Source of the DNA: Auanema rhodensis
Taxonomy: Eukaryota > Animalia > Nematoda
Reading direction: 5' to 3'
Length of the DNA: 64,000 nucleotides
NCBI GenBank assembly: GCA_964057225.1
Contig: OZ059897.1
Span: 13,082,001 to 13,146,000 of the forward strand
The notes below the pieces were generated by a model. It was not told the origin of the DNA. It saw nothing but the letters and a program-made list of their open reading frames with translations, and made no database searches. Within the stretch, counting starts at the first letter, position 1. Every line of letters starts with the position of its first letter. Position numbers and translations under genes: made by a program. Below are positions 1 to 13,294 of this stretch, piece by piece.

Positions 1-970
1 ATTTTTTCATTTTGAAATTATTCAAATATGGATGATTATGATCTTTCTGGACTGTTTCAATATCTCAGATCACTGTTTTGATATTAATTCAAATGATGAC
101 GATATGTTATTGTTTCCAAGAAAAGAAATTACTTACATCAATTTTTTGTTTATTGTTTTGAAATAGAAAATAATTATCAAACGATTTATAATCACATAAC
201 TATATGTACATATATACATGTATGTCTTTATCATCTATATATAGATGTTAAGAAATAAAAACAGATATAGAGATAAAGTGGTGAAAGAGAGGGAAAAGAA
301 ACAGAATGAAAGAAGGAGAGAGAGAGAGAAAGAGAAAGAGAATGAGTTACATATACAACAAATATAGCTAGTTTTATATCTGATAGATAAAGATGGGCCG
401 TAAGCGTTGCCCAGGGCAACTTACAAAAAAAGTCAAATGAGATCCTTTTCAGTTATGTACCCCTCACTCATCTCTCTATTTCTCTTTACCTATACCACCA
501 CCATTATCTTTTCTTTGCTTACTCCACTGCTCATACTCTTTCTTCAAATTTACCCATGTTGTCTATCTATCTATTCAGCCATCCGCCTAGCTGATTCTGC
601 TTCTTTCGTTACCACAGAAGCTTACCAACCATAGTCATTATCAAGAACTGAACCTACACTCGTGCCGCTCATGTTCCACCTCTGTTCCAATCTTTCTCAA
701 TTTTACATAAATATTGTGTAATAGTATTATAAATTCCTTAAATATTCACCGAATATTCTTCTGAGCCTATTTCTCAACAAAAATCATCCATTCTGCCTGT
801 CTAGCATAATTACATATATTATATAATCAAAATACTTGAACGCATTACCTATTCAGAGAAAAAAACTATTATTCCAATAACCATAACTATAAACAGTATA
901 AAGAGGTTTCTTATTTCTACTGAAATAGCTTTTCCTAATTCAAAAAATTTCAGTTTATCCCTCGCACATA

Positions 971-1992
971 ATGGCTTCCCGATGGAGTCAAACGGGGTAT
1001 CTATCGAAATCTACAAGTAATTTAAGTAAAATTACTTCTCTTGGGTATTCCATTAGTTTTTTCTTTTTTTTTTAATTTTTAAAAAAAGTTTAATATAATT
1101 CTGAATTTTTTTTCAGTTCGACTCCACAGTTACATGATCATCATGAACATCTTCAGCATCATCCTGCTGATGCTTATCTATCAACTAGTGCTCGTATTAC
1201 TCCACTAGGATATAATGCTCGACATCGACGTGTATCAACTGGCGGACAATATCGAAGGTTAGTAAACGAAAATCAAAAGAAAAATATTTGAAGGAAATCT
1301 TCTTTTTTTTTTGTGAAAATCATTAATTTATAAAAGATAATTATCAGTTATCATTCTCAATTTGTTCTTCGCGTGAGTTTTGAGAAAAGAGTTTGAATTT
1401 GATTGTTATCTTCATATTCATTTATCAAGAGGATATATCGGTTGTTTTTATAATTTAATTCATTCAATTCAAATTGAATACAGATGTATGTAGATGTATG
1501 TATATGTATAATATATACATACACTTAGTATATTATATACATATAGTGCATATATAAAACAAATTAATATTTTCATCATATGTATAGTTAAATCATCTAT
1601 CTTTGATCCATTGTTTTCAACATAGCTTTTGATGTATAAAAGATATTAATAAACTTCAAAAAGATATAATTATAATTGGCAATGGGTAAGAAACATTGAC
1701 GACATCTTCAAATTAATTGAAGCATAAATAAAAGTTAATCTAATGGATATATGATTATGTAAACTTAAATTCTAGAATTTAAACTTAAATATTTCATTTG
1801 TATTCTGACAACTGTTTACATATAAATTGGCTTAATTTGATATTTTTCTTTCTGGTAGATCGAATCATGTGATAGCGAATCTCATGAATCTTAAGGTTTA
1901 GTTGAATAGAGAGAAAGAAGAGGGGATAGAAAAATACGAAAAAGGAATAGCTAAACAAGCTGATACGAATAAAGAATAATTTGAAACATTCT

Positions 1993-2048
<56 letters not shown>

Positions 2049-5000
2049 TATATACTAAATACTATGCACAACTACGGAAATTATTTTGTAGTTAAAGCTG
2101 GTGAACCAATGTGCAAAGAGTTTAATACAAAAATGTGTATTTCAGCATCTGTATGTACCATCTGTATGTACATATACATATACATATTACATAGAAAATA
2201 GGTAAAAAGAATAATATAATATATATTTTTTTGGTTTTTTGCTTTCTCAAATTGTTTTTGTAATATATTAAAGCGTTTTGGTTGTAGTTTGTGATTTTTT
2301 CTTCACAAAGTAATTTATGAAGATTCGATGTGCGTGTTTGTACCCTACTAAACTATATCACTTAGATATGCTTGATTATACGTATAGCTTTGTATAATTA
2401 GGAATTTGATTTTGAATTTGAATTTGCATTCTATGTTCTTTTCATATTCTTTTTAGAAATAAAATATATTAAAAGTCATATACAAATATATATTCTATTT
2501 AAATAATTCTTTTTTTTTGAAAACATATCAAAATCGTCTATAATTTCATATCTTGGACTTTTTAACTATTATCTCCACTTTATTCTCTGCCACTCTTGCT
2601 CTCTCCCTCTTTTTCCTAATTTTATAATCAATTTTGAAAAAAAAAATTAAAACAGAGAACCAGAGGAAATAATAATGACAACATTGTTCGTACTATGTAT
2701 GTTGTATCTTCATGTATGCCCTTAATAGCCGCAGACATCTGGTTATCCATATAAGTTTATAACATTGAATCAACTATGATGATCATATATCACACTATAA
2801 CAGCATTTTTTATTCAAAATTTCCTCATTCGATTACTTTAGTGTTATTTTATGTTTTGCATTTTCTGCTTATCTTACTTCGCTTTGCAAGCATCCTGATC
2901 AAAGTCGTAGGTGTAGCTGAGAATGACATCACTTACTTCGCTCATTATGCTGAAACTCAGCTTAATGTATGTTGTTCTATCAAAAATAATAGTTGTTGTT
3001 CGTAATAATTTGATTAGCTTAGACTTGGAACATTACCCAAAACTTTTACTCCCACATGTCTGTCAGGCTTCTCCTCCCCTACACAGCACCTGCATGTGTC
3101 CACGACGACGACAACGATGGCGGCAGCGGCTTATAGACTGCCAAGCTGCATGTATGGTTGTTACTTCCAGTAAATCATAAATCGCTTCAATTCCTATTCA
3201 ATTTTCCGTCTTCTGAATGTTTTATAAATGAAAAAGAAATATCTGATCTTAATAAGGATTTATCATTATCAAATAATTATATTTTTCTAATTTCTTTTAA
3301 CATTTTTTCTTATCTACATACATATATTCACATATAATTAATGTTCTACCATACTATATTATTTTGAAATCTTAAAAAAGAATTTTTATGGAAATTTCTG
3401 TTTTATGTTTACTTGCTATTCAAAGTACATGATTTTGAATTGACCTGTTATGCTCACATGAAATCAATACATATGAAATCATTATATTAAATTTTGAGGT
3501 GAAATTATTAAAATTGCTATTCGTTTTTCTACTTCTTCCTTATTCAGTAAATTCAAAAAAATGTTAAATCGATCTTCCCTGATAATGTAGGAAGATTAAC
3601 ACCTGCTGCTGTTTCAATTGAAATATTCACATGAATCTGAATTCATATTCTCTTTTTCTTTAAATTTGTTCAACTTTCTCAGCTATTCTCATTATTTTTT
3701 CCACATTTTTTTGCCAACTTTAACTGCAAGCTGAACGAAAGAGGATAGAAGAAAGTTGTTATTATTCAACCATTCAAACTAACACTTCTTAGAACTATTT
3801 CTCTTTTTTTTTCCTTCATTTCTCGCTCCACATGTTCAGGTTCTGTATGCATTTTCATTAGTTTATTCCAATTGTCTATTCAAAACTAAATATTACTTGA
3901 TTTCTATTATATTACTTCATATTCTAGACAACAAGCTTAAACACTTAACCGTCTTATCACCAAGTATATATACCTTAAATTCAATTTTCATATAGACATA
4001 TAAGTCAATATTTCTTAAAATTTCTTGAAGTATCTTTTCTCTTTTTACTGGAAATGTGATATATGTATACTATATACATGTAATATGTATAGAAAAGTTA
4101 AAAACTTGACTTATATATTGATATAGTTTATATGAATCATTATTATAATCTAATATATATATATATAAATAACTGATAATAATGTTAAAAATTAGAATAT
4201 ATAATTATATATATATGTTATTTTATATTAAAAGGTTAATATTTATTTTTATTATAGCACTTTGCTCACCAATCAGTCGGCAATGTCTTCAGAAAGTAAC
4301 AGTGCCGCCTCAACCAGACCGTATGTTTTCTACTTTTTCCATATTTCTTTCTTAAATATCTTAATATTTAACTATTTTTAATGTTTTAAGACAATCGTTA
4401 CGGTCACGAGCATCATCAGCTGCTTCAAGTGCTCTGGATGCTAGCCAGATTCATATGTTGTTGAATAAACGAGACAGTCGAAGTAGTATAATAACTAATA
4501 ATAGTCAAGGTAACTGATGAAAAACAATCAACCAAAGTCTAAGTGTTGTATTGAAGATCAGTCCTCACCTACCAGTGCCACTAGTGCGACAGATATTCGT
4601 TCTGAATGTCACAAACCCCACATAATCACAGTACGAGTAAGTTCAATTGATTAATATTTCATTTTGCCAAATTACTTTCGTATTATCCTCGTAACATAAT
4701 GAAATTGTAGTCACGTGGTAGTTTATCATCTGAAGCTAATACTGTCTTAGCAGAAAACTCCACACCACTAGAATCTGAGATTGAGCGGAAAAACTCACAA
4801 GAACATGAAGGTTTAATTTGAAAAAAAACTATAATCTTCACAATAATTTTTAGTCACAAAATTATTTAAAAAATTGGAACGTAATCAAACAGCACCTAAT
4901 ATTCCATTCTTGAATGAAACTATTTGGCAGGTATATTATTAAAAATAGTATTTTTTTTGTATTATAATAATTTTTATTATTATTATTCAGATTGATGAAC

Positions 5001-5506
5001 TTGTCTATGTTGGTACTATGGAATCATCAAGGAATATGTCATTACTCTGTCGTTTAGGCATAGAGTATATCTTAGACGTTTCTCATCAACAACAAGATGA
5101 TGAACCGTAAATAAAAAATTTATATCTTTTCATAATTGTTTTCATTTATTTTTTTCAGAAAGAATTCAAGTATTTGGCAATGTTCTTGTCGTACGCGGCA
5201 TTCTCGTTATGAAGTCAATATGATTGTACCTGAATCCGAAAAACAACTAATAAATGTTCGTTCTATTATAGTGAATTTCTTTTATTTCAAAGAGCATATG
5301 TATTAATCTATACATTTTAGCCGATCACTCAACACAAAATGAATATGAACGAACGATTTGATCAATTTATTGAAATGGTTGCGAAAGCTCGTAAAGTTAA
5401 ACGATCTGTTTTAGTTTGCAGTGGTAAAGCTCGAAACAAGTTAGTTTCATTTCCTTATTTTGAGCTAGTTATTTTAACTTTTATAAAAATTTTAAAATAA
5501 TAATTA

Positions 5507-5546
<40 letters not shown>

Positions 5547-6291
5547 AATAAAAAAACATATACCATAATTAACATGATCATAAAACATCAATTAACTCAA
5601 AATATTTAAAAACCCTTTAGCCAAAACAATTATATAGATGTATGTATTTGTTCGTTATATTTGTTGTTTACTTTAGTATTTCATTTATATTTTATTTTCA
5701 AATTTAAAATATTATTTTACTTTATTAAAGTCATTTAATAAGACTATTCAACATTTTTATTAAAATCTTGACTCTTTAAGGGCACCTGCCTTTGCCGCAG
5801 CTCATTTAATGCAAAGCCAACAAGTACCACGAGCTGCTGCTGTTCAGAAAGTGGCCCATGCGGTTTGTTTGTTTTTATTTTATACGATTTGTTGTTGTAG
5901 ATAACTGATGACTACCTAATCAGTAATATATATGTAAATTCATTCAAATATTTTTTTTATTCAGAAAATAATCAATTTTTCCCTCAACAACTTAATTCTC
6001 TTTTTCATATTCATATTTCTTCTCTTTTTCTCTATTTCTTACAAATTTTCTTCCTTATCTTTCACTTTTGGTTTTCATGAATATGTAAAGGAGCAAAACT
6101 AATTTTTTTAAAATAAAGTGAAGTTTTTCATATTTCAGATGTCATCGATGCGTCCAGCTATGTGCATTTCTGATTTTTTACAAAGATCTCTTATGAGATA
6201 CCAAGTTTATTTGGGAATCTCTCCAGATACTGCACATGACCCAGCTCATACAATGCCGTTGTTTCACGTAAAGCGAACTGCGTGGACCTAA
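971..6291 (+). CDS. Dual-specificity phosphatase (DUSP)-fold protein, probably catalytically inactive, with a long Ser-rich N-terminus
   Basis: Manually spliced frame-consistent exons start at 971, ~1117, 4258, 4391, 4557, 4711, 4854, 4991, 5159, 5321, 5781 and 6139, with the stop at 6289-6291. DUSP-like segments are IDELVYVGT..LCRLGIEYILDVS, FDQFIEMVAKARKVKRSVLVCSGKARNKAPAFAAAHLM and MRPAMCISDFLQRSLMRY. A TTTCAG acceptor lies at 948-953. Confidence 0.8.
1996..2047. repeat. (TA)n microsatellite
   Basis: Pure TA run in an intron; shorter runs at ~5510-5541, ~6633-6658 and ~50321-50340. Confidence 0.95.
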
Positions 6292-7268
6292 ATAATGCTC
6301 TAGGAAACGTTCACCTTCTCATTCAATTACTTAATGCTGTTTTCTCATTAAGACCTGACAATTCTTCAGACATTTTGATTCAAAAACATTATTCTGAATC
6401 AAATTGTTCACAAGTTGCCTTATATTCATTGTTCAATTTGGATATTTTCATCCTTTCCAAATATATTCTTCAAGTTTAATTAGGTCAATTACTATCTTTT
6501 TTCTTTTATACATATTTTTTGATATGTTAAAAAAAGCTTCATGTCTAGTCGGGTAACTCAGCTCACACATTTACCATTTTCCAACTATATATCTCATTTA
6601 TATATTTAATTCTAATATACATATATAGATGAATATATATATATATATATATATATATGCATCTGTATATCTTTTTTAATTGCTTTATATTGTATATTTA
6701 TAATATAAAATACTTAATTCGAACTACATATGATCATCTTTGTTAAATTAGCCATTTTTTAAATAAACAAAGTTCAATTAACATTATATTATTTTGTTCA
6801 AATTATAATATTTTGTATTAAATTCAGATAGTCTTTCTACACTTTTATCATACACAATGTTCTTTCAATTTTATTTATACTTTCTCTCTGATATTCGTTT
6901 AAGAAATAATTTATATACTATGATATAGTAATAGTTTGTTCTAAATGATCTATTTGGCTGCCTTATATTATATTAAGTTTAATATTTTATTTGCATCATA
7001 TACATTATATTTAATTAAGCTTATTATTATATTTATAAAATCAATATAACGAAATTTTAAAAAAAATATTCTTTGAGCAGTATCCCATCTTAGATTATTC
7101 ATTACCTCTGAAAGTATCAACAATTTTTATATTTTCCTCAACTATAATTTTAAAAAGTAGATTTTTTGTACATGAATAAGAACTATGCTTCCTTTTTCGA
7201 ATAAATTTAAGTATTGATTTGATAAAAATTTTAAAATTCAAAAATTAAATGTATGACTTCCGGTTTGC

Positions 7269-8136
7269 TTACCCTCCTAATGTTCCACAAAGTGCCAAGC
7301 CAATCAGAGATTCAATTATTACCATGGTTCCCTGTATGCAAACGAGAATCTCTTCTATTAACAGAACTGAAAAATACGAAAATATATAAATAAAGTACAG
7401 CGTGTTCAATAAGATCAAAGATGTACTATTAAACTTACCAAAATTTTGAAAAAAAGCTAAATAAATACAAATCAATATCATGGCAACACTGAGAAAAAGA
7501 GAGAATGCCAGAAAAGTTGGTGTTTCTGTTAAATTTCCTCTTGAACCTGAAATAATGTTATATTGGAAATTTAAAATATATTTTATGCTATCAATTATAT
7601 TTTTTATTTAATGCAACCGCTCTATCATTATTTCATCCAAGATATGTGAAATTGTATTATTATGTTTTCATAACCATTTATATATTTTTTTCAATGGTTA
7701 ACAAATATTAGAAGGGCACAGTCCTTGTGACATTTTTTTTTTGGAAAAAGCAATGTTCATATAATGATTTTAAAATTTTATAAGTTAAAATAATCCATTT
7801 TGTTTGATTCTTATTGACTAAAATGGTACCCCATGCAATCCTGACTGCTTCAATCGGAGCAAATGCTAATATAATCAAAAACTCCATAACTCTAATATGA
7901 TATTGATATGGGAGAACGGTTCCTGAAGTAAGAAAATAGAAAAACAACACTCATTATAAAAAATATTGTTATTACCTTTATAAAAGAAAAGCAGTATTAA
8001 AGCTATAAAAAGGAAAAATGAGTAAGGTTTATTAACATGGAGAATCATTTGATATGTTAAGGACGATCTCTGAATAAGATTTATCATTTATATTGTAAAA
8101 AAATTGTCTAAAACGTACCACATTTGTGATCATCAT
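7269..8136 (-). CDS. mks-2: TMEM216 / MKS-2 ciliary transition-zone membrane protein
   Basis: Spliced product reads MMITNV-RSSLTYQMILHVN..LFFYK-GTVLPY..IEAVRIAWG-SRGNLTE..FFQN-FVLLIEEIL. This matches remembered TMEM216 motifs (FLYKGVLLPY, GTKGNL, LQTYVLRLE). A short last exon at 7095-7107 is possible via a GTAAGC donor overlapping the 7269 stop. Confidence 0.88.
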
Positions 8137-8232
8137 CTTTAAAACTTTAAAACTTTTAAAACAATTTTCTTGGCAAAATTGAAAATATTTAGATAGGCTG
8201 TTAGCTAGTTATATTAATATAGGGCGACCTTT

Positions 8233-8246
8233 GTTGCCATGGAAAC
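8233..8246. promoter_or_regulatory. X-box (RFX/DAF-19 site) of mks-2
   Basis: GTTGCC-AT-GGAAAC is a perfect match to GTHNYY-AT-RRNAAC and lies ~97 nt upstream of the ATG of a ciliary gene. Confidence 0.92.
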
Positions 8247-8515
8247 TAGATGCTCTCTTCGCTACGCATTAACAAGCAAAATGATCTCTCAGTATTTGCA
8301 GCAGGAAATGGATCTCTCACTCTCTTTATCATTTGGATTCAAAATAAAAAGAATATAAACAATCAATTTTATAAAAATATTTTATTAAGCGAAAAATATT
8401 AATTTATTAAACAGCACAACACAAATCAAAAATATGAACAAACAGTCAAACCATATAAATTTTAACATCTAGCTTTACTAGTAAAACATAGGAGTGTGTC
8501 AGAAGAAATTTTATT

Positions 8516-10583
8516 TTACTTAAGTTGAGGGAAGGCCATTTGTGGCTTAACCTCGGTAAGAGCCTCATTCCAGTATTGGGTGACGGTCTTCCATTGGGTG
8601 TAGAAGGCAACTCCGGCCTGAATTTTTTAAAAATATTATAAACACTGGTGGCAAGACTCAACCTTTCCATAGAAATTCATATCTCCACGGAACGATCCAC
8701 GAGATCCAGTGAAAGAGAACATAGGGAGAGGAACTGGGATGGGGACATTGACTCCGATTTGTCCACAGTCAACTTCAGCAGTGAATCTTAAATATATCAA
8801 TAAATATAAAATTAACTGAATAATTTTTACTTTCTAGCAGTAGCTCCATTGCTTGTGAAAATAGCGGTTCCATTTCCGTAGGGATTGCTGTTAATGATGT
8901 TCACAGCATCAGTAAGATTTTCGGCTTCCATGGCGACAAGAACGGGTCCGAAGATTTCTTCCTATAGTGAAAAACTTTTCAATTAGATTGAATTAAATTA
9001 CAAACCTTGTAGCAGGTCATGTTAGGGGTAACACCAGCGATGATAGATGGGCCAACAAAGTTTCCGTTCTCGAAACCAGGAACGACAAGATTGCTACCAT
9101 CAAGAAGAACATTAGCTCCTTCCTAAATAAAAAATACTAAAATTCTATCTGGAAATGGATGAAACCTTCTTAGCTCCCTGAACAAGAGCGTTAACACGGT
9201 TCATGGAGGCTTTGGAGATCAGTGGTCCAATATCGGTATCTTTCATCCATCCTTTAAAGAAAATTAGTGAGAAGGAAATAGAGGAAAGAAATCATACCAG
9301 CATTAACCTTGAGCTTCTTGACCTTTTCAACCAACTCTGGAAGCCATGAGCGGGCTTCTCCAACAAAGATAGCAGTGGTCAAAGCCATACAACGTTGACC
9401 GGCAGCTCCGAAGGCAGCGGCGGTGAGCTTAACATTCAACATGAATGAGAGAACAAATTGTGAAAATACCTGATTCAAAACTTGCTCCTTGTTGGCATCA
9501 GGCATAATAACTCCGTGATTCTTTGCTCCCATATTGGACTGGACACGTTTTCCATTCTTAGCTCCACGCTCATAAATGTGCTTTCCCTAAAAAATACTGA
9601 TAAGATTCAAAGCACAGCAAGAAAAACAACATACAGCGACGTCACCTCCAACAAAGGAGATAGCTTGGATATCGGGATGGTCACAGATGAAGTTAATTGA
9701 ATCGTGTTGTCCGTGGATAACGTTGACGCAACCATCAGGAACACCAGCTTCCTTAGCCAATTCAACAAGCATCATGGATGCTCCAGGATCTTGCTCAGAT
9801 GGCTTCAGGATCATTGTGTTTCCAGTAGCAAGAGCGATTGGGAACATCCAAAGGGGAACCATAGCTGGGAAGTTGAATGGACAAATACCAGCAGTGACTC
9901 CAAGAGGAACTCTCCAGGAGAAGGTATCCATATCGCGAGAAACGCTGAAATATATCATTTTGTAAGGGTATTTGAAATGAATACATACTTTGGAAGAGTT
10001 TCTCCCATCATCAGAGATGGAACAGAACAAGCGTGCTCTACAACTTGAAGACCACGGCTCACATCTCCTTCAGCATCGGGAAGAGTTTTTCCTTGTTCCT
10101 GTGTGATGTTTTCAGCGAGCTTCTTCATGTCACGTTTGATGAGAGCTTGTAAGCGAAGCATGGTCTGCTGACGAGTAAGAGGTGATCTGAACAAGATAAA
10201 GCTAGTTATTATTTTGACACCATCTATACTCACACATTCTTCCAGGTACTGTAAGCCTGCTTGCAAGAATCTACAGCAGCATTCATTTCAGCCTGGGTGG
10301 TCTTTGGGACACGAGAAATAACCTCGTTGGTAGCCTGAAATATAACACTTAGGAATAATTCATAAATATGAAACGTACGGGGTTGGTAAGCTCTACCCAT
10401 TCGTTGGTCTTAGACTCAACGGCTTGCCCATCAATCCAAAGCTTAACGGTATCCTGACTTCCCAAAACAGCACGGGAAGTAGAGAAAGCAGCGACTTGTT
10501 GTCCACATTGGACCTAATATACAGCATTTATTTTCTATAACAAAACTTAAACGTACTGGGAGCTTAGAAAGACGGGAGAGCAT
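8516..10583 (-). CDS. alh-8: Mitochondrial methylmalonate-semialdehyde dehydrogenase (ALDH6A1)
   Basis: Motifs include MLSRLSK.. (targeting peptide), [61 protein letters not shown] (catalytic Cys), EEIFGPV and C-terminal MAFPQLK*. A TTTTCAG acceptor lies at 10599-10605. Confidence 0.97.
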
Positions 10584-11140
10584 GGTTATCCGCAAGTTCT
10601 GAAAAAAAATGATAAGAATTGACTAGAACAGAAATAAAATGTGACTGAAAAATAAGAAATGAAAACGTTAACATTGAGATATAAATAGAGAAAGACCAAA
10701 GCCACGAGAGCAAGTTTGATTACGATCAATACTCGAAGAATACTGTAGCAAAACTCATTTGTAAAACTTATTAAAAAAATTTCAAGCCTTCTAAAGCTAA
10801 AACTCTTTGTTTGAAAACGGAACATATATAATAAGAATCACAGAAAGATGAAAATAGAATTTATAGGAACTGTCTAAAAAAATGAAACGAAACTGAGAAG
10901 AGACAACGTGGTAGAGAACGTGATAGTCCTTCACAATTGTGGCTCTCATCATTCAGGGCAATCTCTGTCAGTTGTCGCCGGTGGTCTGATTGTAACCACG
11001 TGCCTTTATCTCTCTTTTCCTCTCAGAAAAGAAAAAGAGAGATAGAAACATTGAAAGAAGTCAAACAACTTTTCGCACAGTTGATCTGAAATGATAAGAC
11101 CAGGGTGAGCATCCGCGCAGTCACTTTCTTAAAACGTGTA

Positions 11141-11172
11141 AGTTCACGTGAACTGGTTCAGTTCAAAGTTCA
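11141..11172. promoter_or_regulatory. Cluster of nuclear-receptor half-sites around an E-box, upstream of alh-8
   Basis: AGTTCACGTGAACT is a 14-bp palindrome, followed by GGTTCA and AGTTCA-A-AGTTCA (DR1). TGATAA GATA sites are nearby (~10610, ~11092, ~11410, ~11701). Confidence 0.5.
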
Positions 11173-11966
11173 TATAGACTATACTACTAGTTCTAGGAGA
11201 ATATGAACAAGCAAAACGCATGCACCCAAACAGCCAAAAATAAGAAAACAAATTTGGGACTGAGAAGTTTGAGGAAAATCTTCTCCGGGATATGATCAAA
11301 AATTTAGCTGCGCACTTTATGCCTGTTACAGTTGAAGGCGCACTTCGAGAAACAATTGAAAAGTTTTTTAAAGGTTTTAGTTTAACCAGAGGTCATATCG
11401 AGAAGAAATGATAAGAGTTGTGCTAAAACGAAATATAAAAGAAAGAAATATTCTGGATGTTTTCAGCACGTATTGTCATATTTTTGTGATGTAGGATGCG
11501 AGGTTGGTAGAAAATTAAGTTGAAGAGAGCTAAGCTGGAACGAAACTGACATAAAATGGGTTGTTAATCTAGCTTTCTCTGAATATCACACAATAGTTAC
11601 AAATCAGAAGGAAGGTTGAGGAACAACTGTTGCTTTTTCGAGTGCAATTCGAAAATTCAATGAAAAAAGGAATCATCCGAGATTTTTGTCTGAACCTTGC
11701 TGATAAAGTTCGAAGAAATTAGAAAGAAGAAAACATTATGAAACATTATGAAACAAGAAGAACGATAAAACTTTATTTTACAGCTTATCACAATCTTTTT
11801 GGGGAGAATTACCAGTAATTTGTTTTGAGGCAAACTGTAACCCGACGGCTAACGACAAGGTTGCCAGTGCAAATAAAACTCTTAGACAGAAAAAAAGAAG
11901 TCAACAAGCTTATATATACTCAAAGATTTCAAAAAATTAGAAAGTGTCTTGGTAAGCAATTGGAAC

Positions 11967-13294
11967 TTAATAGAAACGGCTCTTTCTATTTCTGCGATTA
12001 GTATATTCTTTCACTCCGAAATAGGCTACTACGACAAGAAGAGCGAGAACTCCTATGTAAAAAATCCATTTAATGAATGTGAAGAAAGCGCTTCCACTGT
12101 CAGTTGCTTAAATTAAGATGGTTTAATAAAAATAAAGAAAAATTGGCCTACGTGGCTCGGTAACAGTGCCAACAGCACCCGTATATTGTGGAACAGGGAC
12201 GTTAGGTTTTCTTTCAGTACTTTGGAGATGGAAACTATAAAATGATCGAATAAATTAAAAGAAATTAAAGATGAACACACAATTTCACGTAAAGAATTTC
12301 ATGGCTACTGTTTAAGTCTCCAGTAGAAGCTGATAATCCCAAGTGATAGTTAAGCGGAAGCTGCATGTCTTAAAAATTGTACTTTCCAAACATCTTTGAA
12401 TGAATAATTACCATGATATGAATTACACAAAGACCAAGTGTCCCCTTTTCCACTATAGAAAATGCTGAGTTTGTTATTTATATAACGAATCAAGATCATT
12501 GAAGCATTCTTGTTTCTGATATCAACCCCATCTCGCAAAGCAAAACTATAAAAAGATAATGAATAGATGATATGAAATAAAAAAACCAACTCGAAATTGC
12601 ATGAAATGTCGCCAGCAGGAGCTAGATTAAGACCGTCTTTACTATCGTCATACTTTTTGGTTCCATCATTGAAAAATGTGATAACATCTGGTCTAGTAAA
12701 AACGCCATTCTTTCGGTTTGGATAAGTATCAATAGCTGAAAACATTATAACATTGCAAAATTAAAAGTTTCATATAAGTCATATGTTATCATACCAACTC
12801 CAATGCCGGAAAACAGCTCAGGGGCTCCGTAAGCACTTCCAGTACCAGTATGCTGAGTGTACCAAATAGCAAGACCATCTGCTGGACTTGATTCGCCTGA
12901 CACACGGAAGCCAACCTGAACACAATAATAACAAAAACTTCCTTATGGTCAAGACATACAATTAATTCCCAATCTTGAGATGTAACTGGAGTTTTGCTCC
13001 ATATGGAGCCTCTTAGACTATTCTCATTGCGTGTAAGACGAAGGTGATTAGAAGTCAATAAAGCATCACCTAGGAAAATTACGATGCTGCTTTTACAAAA
13101 CTTCATATCAACAAACCAACAAAATCCCAATGCATTGCATTTGAATACGGAGCTACAAGTTGCAAATCTTTAATAGGATATCCTCTAGTTTCAAATATGC
13201 TAGAACCGTCTATCAGCTCAGACTCATCAGCTAAAGCTACATAGCTTAAAATCCATAAGAAACTCAGTATTTTGTATATACGGTATCCCTGCAT
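11967..13294 (-). CDS. ile-2: L-type lectin cargo receptor, VIP36/LMAN2-like (ile-2-like)
   Basis: Signal peptide, HWDFVGDALLTSNHLRLT, GSIWSKTP, ADGLAIWYT, IDTYPN, YHLGLSASTGDLNSSHEI, one TM helix and a C-terminal RKSRFY* tail of VIP36/VIPL type. Confidence 0.85.

Noticed and set aside
231-634. Short F/L/S-rich ORFs here and throughout 21-57 kb
   Set aside because: They are translations of AT-rich or CT/GA low-complexity non-coding DNA with no consistent splice or homology support.
9429-9470. 42-nt stop-free in-frame intron just before the alh-8 catalytic Cys
   Set aside because: Normal GT-AG ends and size for this genome; no evidence of regulated retention.
9482-10048. + strand ORFs overlapping alh-8
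   Set aside because: Antisense shadows of a codon-biased, highly expressed gene.
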